Source: Penicillus capitatus (lineage: Eukaryota > Plantae > Chlorophyta). Taken from it: a stretch of 64,000 bases of DNA. Position numbers and translations under genes: made by a program. This document shows positions 1-9,339 of this stretch, in pieces. Location: positions 1,097,081-1,161,080 of the forward strand of contig OZ287695.1 of assembly GCA_965649825.1 (NCBI GenBank), written 5' to 3'. The notes under the pieces were generated by a model. That model had not been told where the DNA came from. It did not search any database and saw nothing but the letters and a program-made list of their open reading frames with translations. Every line of letters starts with the position of its first letter. Position 1 is the first letter of the stretch.

Positions 1-2691
1 GGACTGGATGAGAATGGAAGCGTTCCAAACTCCCTACAGATGGCAAACAGTCTTGTTTATACGAAACACGACCATTGCAAAGATTTCCTGGGAAACGCCG
101 TCAAGAATCACTCGATCTGCGCTGGATTCTCGAACGAGAATACATGCAAAGGTTTAATGCCTAATGCATTACTCTTCTGCCAAGCCATCTCTGTTGAAGG
201 TGATTCTGGTGGTCCGTTGTTGATTCCTTATGTGTTTGAAGGCAAATTAGCAGCTGGGAATCCAGAACACGACATGATTTTCGGCGTAACATCCATAGGG
301 TCCGAAGATTGCATCGATGATCCATCACCGACCATCTACACCAGTATCGGTGCATTCTGGGACTGGATTGAGGAAAGAATCGGCGAAGGTCCAAAGGTGA
401 TTAATCGGTTCTCCGAATTTTTTCCTCGTGTCTGATCGCCGAGAACATGAAAAGATCGACAGAATTCTGTTTAGTGACCTTCATCAGATAATGTACGTTC
501 TTCATAGGTGGACGATCCTGAAACTGACGATCCGTCAGTGAGCCCAGAAGAACAGGAACTTAGAGAAGAGCGCAAACGGCTGAGGGGACTCTCTCGGACA
601 GAACTGATTAAGGTTGGTTGGCAATAAAGAATGATGTGAAGGGACAGACAGTTCCATAGGAAGCGTATCGCTGCACAAAAAAGGATAGTGCATTGAAGTT
701 GGAAGCCGCTCTGCTGGAGGGACTCGAACCAGATTCTTTCTACGCGTCTTCCGTCTGGTCAGGATATTGGGAACGGAAGCGTTTTGCTCTGTTGCACTGG
801 TCGGCGTATTACAATGCGGAAAAATGCACTGAGGTAGTGTATTCTCTTGGCCTACTCTGGAACACAGAGTCTAGACGCTTCGGTTCTATCTATTGAATCT
901 CTGTGATTAAAGGTTCTTTTGGAATATGGCGCAAGCGTGGACAAGCGCGGCACATCCAGAACAACTCCTCTGCATGTGGCAGCGTGGACAGAACATGCGG
1001 TGGTGAAGGTAAACCAGAAAAGCGATCTTTAATCGTCCACTTCAACGTCTATTGTCAGATGCTGCTAGACGCAGGGGCCGATGTCGATGCGGTCGATGAC
1101 GATGGAAGAACTCCACTTCATGAAGCCGCTTACAACGAAAACCCCGAAGTTGTACAGGTGCATGTCGATTTGCCTTAGTTCTTATGTCCACGTTGTTGCT
1201 GGTTGCAGCTGCTGCTAGACGCAGGGGCCGATGTCGATGCGGTCGATAAATATGGAAACACTCCACTTCATGAAACCGCCTACAATGAAAACCCCGAAGT
1301 TGTACAGGTGCATGTCGATTTGCCTTAGTTCTTATGTCCACGTTGTTGCTGGTTGCAGCTGCTGCTAGACGCAGGGGCCGATGTCGATGCGGTCGATAAA
1401 TATGGAAACACTCCACTTCATGAAACCGCCTACAATGAAAACCCCGAAGTTGTACAGGTGCATGTCGATTTGCCTTAGTTCTTATGTCCACGTTGTTGCT
1501 GGTTGCAGCTGCTGCTAGACGCAGGGGCCGACGTCAATGCAGTCGATAAATATGGAACCACTCCACTTCATGAAGCCGCCTACAAAGAAAAACCCGAAGT
1601 TGTACAGGTGCATGTCGATTTGCCTTAGTTCTTATGTCCACGTTGTTGCTGGTTGCAGCTGCTGCTAGACGCAGGGGCCGATGTCGATGCGGTCGATAAA
1701 TATGGAAACACTCCACTTCATGAAGCCGCCTACAAAGAAAAACCCGAAGTTGTACAGGTGCATGTCGATTTGCCTTAGTTCTTATGTCCACGTTGTTGCT
1801 GGTTGCAGCTGCTGCTAGACGCAGGGGCCGATGTCGATGCGGTCAATAGAAAGGGAGAAACTCCACTTCATAAAGCCGCTTACTTCAACGAAAAACCCGA
1901 AGTTGTACAGGTGCATGTCGATTTGCCTTAGTTCTTATGTCCACGTTGTTGCTGGTTGCAGCTGCTGCTAGACGCAGGGGCCGACGTCAATGCAGTCGAT
2001 AAAAAGGGAGAAACTCCACTTCATGAAGCCGCCTGCAAAGAAAAACCCGAAGTTGTACAGGTGCATGTCGATTTGCCTTAGTTCTTATGTCCACGTTGTT
2101 GCTGGTTGCAGCTGCTGCTAGACGCAGGGGCCGATGTCGATGCGGTCAATAGAAAGGGAGAAACTCCACTTCATGAAGCCGCTTACTTCAAAGAAAAACC
2201 CGAAGTTGTACAGGTGCATGTCGATTTGCCTTAGTTCTTATGTCCACGTTGTTGCTGGTTGCAGCTGCTGCTAGACGCAGGGGCCGATGTCGATGCGGTC
2301 AATAGAAAGGGAGAAACTCCACTTCATAAAGCCGCTTACTTCAACGAAAAACCCGAAGTTGTACAGGTGCATGTCGATTTGCCTTAGTTCTTATGTCCAC
2401 GTTGTTGCTGGTTGCAGCTGCTGCTAGACGCAGGGGCCGATGTCGATGCGGTCGATAAATATGGAAACACCCCGCTTCACCGGGCAGCGATGTACGGTCG
2501 GTCAAAGACAGCAAAGGCGAGTCAGAGGTAGCATATTAATGTTCACGGTGCATTTCATATAGGTTCTCGTGAATGCCGGAGCATCGAAGACGGCAACTAA
2601 CAATGATGGAAAAACGCCTTTCGGCGTTATGTGTGATGGATACTGTTCCGATTCGACACGAATCTCTCTTAAGAAACTCTTGCGTCCATGA
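1..2691 (+). CDS. Trypsin-like (S1) serine protease fused to C-terminal ankyrin repeats; 5' partial
   Basis: Hand-spliced model join(<1..151,200..396,508..612,660..833,913..1008,1059..1157,1209..1307,1359..1457,1509..1607,1659..1757,1809..1910,1962..2060,2112..2213,2265..2366,2418..2516,2563..2691) is one open frame ending at TGA 2689-2691. Removing intron 152-199 restores the catalytic motif TCKGDSGGPL. Downstream exons read [25 protein letters not shown] (ankyrin consensus). The last intron (2517-2562) is GC-AG. Confidence 0.9.
1059..2516 (+). repeat. Tandem array of 150/153-bp units (99/102-nt ankyrin exon + identical 51-nt intron)
   Basis: Intron GTGCATGTCGATTTGCCTTAGTTCTTATGTCCACGTTGTTGCTGGTTGCAG starts at 1158, 1308, 1458, 1608, 1758, 1911, 2061, 2214 and 2367, identical in all nine copies by eye. 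Confidence 0.98.
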
Positions 2692-3581
2692 GCGGCCGTC
2701 CAACGCAACTCTCTTCTACTAAACACTCCACTAGGACAACTGTCTGACTTGTTTGTTAATTCCATTGTTACAGTGCCTTTTTTTTCGGACGAGCACCTGC
2801 TAAAAGTTTAAATCAGGTGAACGAGAAACCTAAACGGTTGATTTCCTATATGCACGAGGAAACAGGTCATTAGACCGTCGGTTGTGTTTGTTTTCGAATG
2901 TTGACTATTTGTGATGCTGTGCATCGCCTTGGAAATTTTGGGACCGAAACTGAAACGTCTGTAGCATTTGAACATCATCTGTTCTTTGACGACAATAGCG
3001 ACATTCTCACTCTTTCTTTCAATGAGTAACATCTCGTATCGGCGCACATTTATTCACCTTTGTTGTGGGAATGAGTTAGCGGCATGTATCCAGAGTTCAG
3101 AAATGTCTTCACTGTTGCTTTGACTGTAAAGTCTGAACTCCATTCATTTGGACTTGGTGATTATTTTAAGCAGCATCCGAATCTCTAGACATCTTTGCAG
3201 AGGAATGTATTTCGACATTACATTACATTAAGTGCATTCGTTACAAAATCGGTTTCATTGACAGAGAAAAACAACTGTGTTGAAAGAACAGCGCACACTG
3301 GTAGATCGGACTTCTTGAAGAAATTTCGACAATGGATCTGGGATTCTGACATTTCCCTCATTAGAGTAATCATAAGATGACCTTCTGCATCTGAGATGCC
3401 AGAAACCGAGATTCAACTCTTGCCCGATCGCCAAAGAACGACGAACAATTCCAACAGTTCCAGGCCTGTCTCATGAGTGACGACGTGCTTGTCAGACATT
3501 CTTTTGTGGAAGATCCAAGGCTGCTATTACGCTATGCAGCAGAGTGCGATCTTCTAGCTTTGTCCTTCGGTTAGATACCCC

Positions 3582-3790
3582 CTTCACCCGTTGAATCAGT
3601 CAGACATCTTTGTCCAAAGTGTAGATGTTTTCCTTCAGAAATGAGATGCGGCATAAGGCGGCCTTTGTCGTGCCTCGCGGCTACTAGATCCCTGTCCTGA
3701 GGAATAAATCCAGTAACACTTGGATGTGTGTGCATACATCCGCAGATGACCACATCGTCTGCTGGTTAGCCTTATGCCTTAAAGGGTGAA
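3582..3790 (+). ncRNA. Candidate structured RNA or element, family not recognised
   Basis: Nested stems: TTCACCC(3583-89)/GGGTGAA(3784-90); AGACATCT(3602-09)/AGATGTTT(3623-30); GGCATAAGGC(3650-59)/GCCTTATGCC(3769-78). The last encloses hairpins at 3668-82, 3722-41 and 3742-62. Non-Watson-Crick positions are G-U pairs on the + strand. Intergenic, with no credible ORF. Confidence 0.35.
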
Positions 3791-3975
3791 AGAGAAAGCG
3801 ATACATGCCAAACTCCAATTCTTCATCATGTGATCCAGCGGTTCAGAACAGCAGACAGATCATCATTGACGGCCAAATGGGCACTGCGTTGACGTGCTTC
3901 GAGAGGATGTCTAAGAGTATGTCATCGCGCAACGGACACAATCAAATCGTCCATCATCTTTAACAACGCAGTGTC

Positions 3976-5514
3976 TTATGATGCAATTCTCTCGGAACGC
4001 GAGAACAGAACGTCTACGACGCGACTGGTGTTGCCAAATGTCTCCAGAGCCGATAGATAGACCTTGTTCTCTTGAGGCGGATCGAAGAGCTCCAGACATC
4101 CCGTACCCTGATCCAACGTCCCCGTGATCATCTTGTCCAGAATCATCTACAACAAGACACCACCACTCTGCCTGCAACCGGATCCTCCCAACAACCGAGG
4201 ACGCACTTGCGACAGCTTCTTCTCGACGACGGCAGGATCCAGCTCTATGAGCTTCGCGATGTGACTAATCTCGACACGCGAGAAGGGCTCGATCAGTCGA
4301 CATAGGTTCTGTTGGAGCAGCGTGTCGTAGAGGATGGAGAGGTGGGAATTGACGACAGGATCTCCTCTCAGCTGCTCCTTGTACTGCTCCAGCGTCACCT
4401 GTAGAAGTTCCATCTCTCAGAGGCGATGGACTGGGAGAGGTGACAGTCACATCAAGCTGCTTGAGAGAGCGTTCCTGGTATGCGTGGGCCACAGCCTTCA
4501 TCGCATCGACCTCAAGCCCCACATACTTCAGTCCGGCCTTGGAGTTGACAATCGATGGGACGTCTGCTGCATCATTGGTCATGATCTTGCAGAGCAGCAT
4601 GTACTTCAGCTTGAATACCGCCTTGGGATCGTCCAGTGAACTGCACTGCTCGAACGCTTCGTAGAAGTAGGAGTAGGCCGTCTTGTAGTCGTGTTCCTCG
4701 GCGTGAAGCAGTCCTGATTGACTGTCTATCTGATAAGCCAGCGCGAAACTCGATGACACTATATCATCGACAGAACGCACCTACCTCTGCTTGCAAGGCA
4801 GGCGGGATGTAGACTGCATTGGCGGCTGTCCTTGCCGCGGTTAGAGCGGCACGGGAACGCGGAAGATTGCGCAGGGCGTGGTGTACACGGCTCTCGAGCA
4901 GATGGATGTCCACCAGGAGCAGTTTGTCGTCCAGTCTCTTCACCTCGCTTACCAACCTGCAGTACATTGGCCAGTCACTGTTATCTCGGCCAGTCGCATT
5001 GTGTCTCACGTCCCGATGAGCTGCAGGGCCGGTTGGAAGTCCTTTCCCTCCAGATACAGATTGGCCAAACGCGCCTCGATGCGTTGGCGCAGAAACGTTC
5101 TCTTCTCCTTCCTGGCCCACTCCACCTGCTCCTTGCACACCTCCATCTGCACGCAAGCCCACCCAGACGTGTCTTCGGTCGAGGAGCATGGGGATCAACT
5201 TGCAGGGCCACTGAGTCCGGCACTTTGGCGATGCTGTCGATGATGGAACGCACGATCTTGGCCGTTTTCGCCTTGGAGAAGGCGCCGAACTGCGGTCTGA
5301 GCTCGGTCAGGAAGGCCCTGAGCGCGACGGCGTCTTTGAGCCTGACATAGAGCTCCGCCACCTTGGCTATCGCCGTCTCCTTCGCCTTGATCGCATCCGC
5401 CGCCGTCGATGCGTCCTTCAGGATGAGCTCCTTGTACAGGCGGATCGCCTCCGGCGGCGTTCCCTCCTTTTCACCAATCTTTTCGAGACGGTCGTTGTAG
5501 TCGGCAGCTGCCAT
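3976..5514 (-). CDS. RPN6: 26S proteasome non-ATPase regulatory subunit RPN6/PSMD11 (multi-exon)
   Basis: N-terminus [13 protein letters not shown]; [16 protein letters not shown]; [24 protein letters not shown]; PCI-domain [26 protein letters not shown]; last exon [14 protein letters not shown]...ERIAS* (TAA 3976-3978). Confidence 0.96.
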
Positions 5515-5601
5515 GTCGGCTAAACAAACGCTTCGGACACTGACGTGACGTTCCGAATCCTGCTCTCGACGTCGACTTTCGTTCCCGCAGTCAACTCCGC
5601 C
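5515..5601. promoter_or_regulatory. Putative bidirectional promoter between RPN6 and LIMR
   Basis: Only 87 bp separates the two divergent ATGs (5514 and 5602). Promoter function is inferred from geometry only. Confidence 0.55.
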
Positions 5602-7314
5602 ATGGCCGAAGGCTTCAACTGGTTCCTCCTAATTATTGTCGCTGTCGTGACGGCACTTGTCTTCTGCGGCAACGCCTACATCGTCGTCTACCTCCAGCAC
5701 CCTGAAGACAAGAACCAGGCGTGGCTGCCGAAGTTCGTGGTGTGGATGGGACTCAGTCTGGCGACGCTCTCCGTGCTCATGTTCCCTCTGGACGTCGCCA
5801 ATCGCGGTGCCTGTGACGAGGAGTTGCCCCTCAGCTCCTGCGACTTGACCCTCCCCATGAGGGAGCTATGGTTCTCCGTCTACATCGCCAACGCCATCCT
5901 GGTGTTCCTCATGACCCCGTTTGCGATCTTCTACTACGAGGCTGGGTCGGACCGCACCCCAGGCCAGAGGCTCAGCGTGGCCGCTGCGTGGGTCTTAGCG
6001 ACCAGCGTCGTCATCGGGTTGATCCTGGGCATCGCCTACGCCATGGTCGGATACGTGGAGTTTCCGACAGCGAGGCTGACATCCGGCAGCATGAGTTTCG
6101 AGGATTTCTGGAACCAGGAGCACATCGATGCCTGTCTCTCTCCACTTTCGAACGCTTCGTCCCTCTCGTTTTCCGGAGATCAAGTGCGTCCTGCTTCTGA
6201 CGCGATGAACCTGTCACCATGATGTCTCCAGTGTGATGCTGAGAGGGGCGCCGTGGAAGAAGAGACGTGGAAAATAAGAACGACGTTTCCGTTGTACGCG
6301 GTGGCCGTGTTCTCGGCGGTGGGATGGTGGACGTTCCTCATCTTCGGCGGCATCGGACTGTCTTCTCTGCCAGTAGATCTCATCTCCGCCTTCTTCGCGC
6401 GTCCCACTGCCACCATCACCCGATCGGAGTACGTGCAGCAAGCGCGTTTCCTGGCGCAGCACGCACGAGAAATAAAGATCCTGGGAGAGGAGCTGAAGAA
6501 GGAGGAACGTGAGAGCGGACGCAGCCGCCGGTGGAAGCGAAACGTCAAAGAACTCAATAAACAGCTGCTCATTCTCGAAGACATGAACGAGGAACTCGAA
6601 TCCAAATATCCCCAGGTGCGCCAAACATCCTTTCCGTTCCGATCCTCATCTCGGTGCCCGTAAAGGGAGAGGACGGCGAGACACGTTGGGTGCTATACCA
6701 GCTGGGGTTCTTCTTGAGGCTTCTGCTCGGACTCCTGGGCGCGGCAGTCTCGGTCGTCTGGATCGTCCACATCGTCCTCTACCAACTTGTCTCTCCCCCG
6801 GCGACTTCGTTCCTCAACGACGTCTTCGTCGAGCTGGACGATTTCTTTCCACTCTTCGGCACTGCATCCTTCGCCTTCTTCTGTTTCTATCTCCTAGGTG
6901 ATGCGCACGGATGGCAATGCGATGACGTCGACTGAGAAACTGTGTGCGTGTGTAGCGTGCACGATCAAGGGCCACATGAAGCTAGGAATGAGTTTTGGCA
7001 TTCTGGATCTCTATCCCATTCGCCCGGGGGCGACGCTGATGAATTCCCTTCTCTTCAACACTGCTTTGATCCTACTGAGCTCGACAGCCGTGCTGCAGTT
7101 CTGCTCCGAGGCGTTCGCCGTCTACGCCAAGGACACGGACATTCAAGAGATCTTTGGAAATGACGTCGATCATCTTGTCGGCATCAAGTATCTCTACAGA
7201 AAGGACGTCTTCCTCTACTGCCTGCTGGGCTGTGCGGCACTCGGCGTCGTTCTTGTCATCGTCACGGGGCCAAAGAAGACGGCGCCAAAGAAGGGAGGCG
7301 TCTATGCATCGTGA
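5602..7314 (+). CDS. LMBR1/LIMR-family multi-pass membrane protein (plant type)
   Basis: MAEGFNWFLLIIVAVV..YLQHPEDKNQAWLPKFVV..LMFPLDVANR..PFAIFYYE; FGGIGLSSLPVDLISAF; coiled loop KRNVKELNKQLLILED; FPLFGTASFAFFC; YPIRPGATLMNSLLFN. GT-AG introns join the ORF pieces. Confidence 0.92.
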
Positions 7315-8434
7315 TAGAATCATGTAACCTAAAAATTGACACGAATCCTCCGAAGTGACTAACGACTGTAACAGTTGGATGGTGTTGCGACGCATTCCAA
7401 GCGAACGGAGAGACGACTCCATGGCGTCTAACGCGTTCCTCACCCCTCTCCATTGTCGAAAGTCGGTCGTGGAAACTCGCGACGCTGCTACGCACGACCA
7501 CTGCCATTCGACTGGGTCGTCACCTTCAGTTTCTGACAGCCTATTCAGCGTCAGGGGTTTGTGTAGCTGCTTGTGCTTGTCGACGACCGAGATCGTTTCT
7601 GTACGTGTCTTTCGCACGTGAGAGGTGGACAGATGAGCTCTTGCGCTGTGTCGAGCAACGTTCGCCGAAATCTGTCAGACAGCGTTGGCCGTCAGAGCAC
7701 TGTTCCAGAATTTCAAGCCCGTGGACACGAAAAGATAGAGAAGAACGGAGTGATTAGTTGTCTTTTCGGACTCGCTCTCTTTCTTACCGATCTATTTGTT
7801 TAGGATTACATAGCTATGCTTTTAAGAATTCTGTTTCGGACATTAGGCTATTCGACATGCAAAATCTCTTCTTTCCGAGAAGGCACTACCTAGGACAATC
7901 TCGTGTCTATTCCAGCCATGGTGCTTGTTTCATTCGTCGGAACCGCACTGTCCGTCTTGTTCAATATGGAGTATGTCTGGATGTTTGGATGCTATACCTG
8001 TTGCCATTGTCATATCACTGTTGCCGCTGTTGTTGCTATCTGCTAGACAGCAGTACTTACTCATCGCATCATGGCGAAGTCCTGGAAGGCAGAAAGTGCA
8101 TTTCTTCTATCAGATGTTGACGTATGTCCTGGTCAAGTTTCTAGGGACCAATGCCAGGAACCGAACCGAAATCGCCAGCGCTTATTGCTCGGCAAACCAC
8201 AGCTGTCAAGTCTCAATCATACGAGATCTATCAGTGTATCTTCGCGATGATGGTCGAGCGGAGACGTTGTCATTCGATCGCAGCTCCCCAAAACGAAGTC
8301 GCCGCAGATGTGGCAAAAAGTGCGTGTGATCGATCGCACGCAGACAATGCCAAGGATGAACCTTACCTTTCTGGCATGAGAGTCGTGCCTGGCCGAAATT
8401 GGTCTTCCTCGCGAATCTCTCCTGGTCCTGCCAT
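7315..8434 (-). CDS. Possible multi-exon gene of unknown function, convergent on LIMR
   Basis: ATG 8434 (MAGPGEIREEDQFRPGTTLMPE) is followed by a GTAAG donor. A protein-like open frame (LSETEGDDPVEWQWSC..FRQWRGVRNALDAMESSLRSLG) occupies 7315-7570. I could not assemble a complete consistent model. Confidence 0.25.
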
Positions 8435-9339
8435 TCTTGGCGCCGCGGAAGCCTACTTGTTTCTCAAGTCATTTCCAAAGGTGAGAACAGAAGACGATAG
8501 AGAATGGGTATAACGCTTTCATGTACATGTTAATGCCGACAGTCCTCGTACAGGATAACCATGATTCTTTTGTCGTACATTCAAAACGTCAGACACCCGT
8601 GGATGAACAATAAACAACTAGGCGAAGTTCCGTGTACCGGGTATTACTTGACTAAACTGGTGTATTCTGGTCTGAGAATTCTCGGTACTTATTCGTGCAT
8701 GAATTTAGCTCATACAGTAAACACTCCTCGCAAGAATTTTCGCAATGCATGCGATGGAATGGTATCTGTTAAGTATGGATTGGAATGGGATGCCTAAAGT
8801 CGAACGGAGTAGGTTCGACGCATGCCGTTTTGTTTACAATACGTTTGTTTACATGCATCATCTCGCTTTGGCTTGAGCAACGCTTACTCTCCAAGCAGGT
8901 CTTCTCATGTTAGCTGTGTTCTGAACGTCATCGTCAAGCGTCTGTGCTGTCGGCGACAGCAGATGGATTATCCCTTTTTTCTTTAAGTGTTCTTCCGCTT
9001 TTGCGTCCTCCGACGCGTGTTGTTTCGTGTCCGTGTGGTTAAATGACTGCCCCGCAAAGACTTGCGTCCGCGAAACAGATCCAGCAATGCCACATATCGC
9101 GTACTGGCGAAGATCAAGTCAAGTGATGTCTTTCACACTGCAAGAGGCATCTGTATGTTCAGTGTCGGAAAATACTTACCAGAAACGCTCTGTTCCTTTA
9201 GAGAGTTCACGGAGAGTAATAAAGAGTGTCGACACTTTCGATGTGCATTCTTCCAAGTTCATACAGAATCTCGCTCTGCGCAAAACAAACTTGAATATGG
9301 ACGCAGGTGTTCGATACAGGCTCACGCTGCATCACATGG

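Noticed and set aside
1042-1791. Minus-strand repetitive ORFs ([13 protein letters not shown]...)
   Set aside because: Antisense shadows of the ankyrin exon/intron array.
1059-2516. CRISPR-like pattern of constant repeats and variable spacers
   Set aside because: The 'spacers' are homologous to each other and encode ankyrin cores, the repeat contains a spliceosomal intron, the context is eukaryotic and there are no cas genes.
3630-3710. Hammerhead ribozyme (GAAA at 3638, CTGAGGA at 3697)
   Set aside because: The flanking bases cannot form the stem II closing pair, and the topology does not fit.
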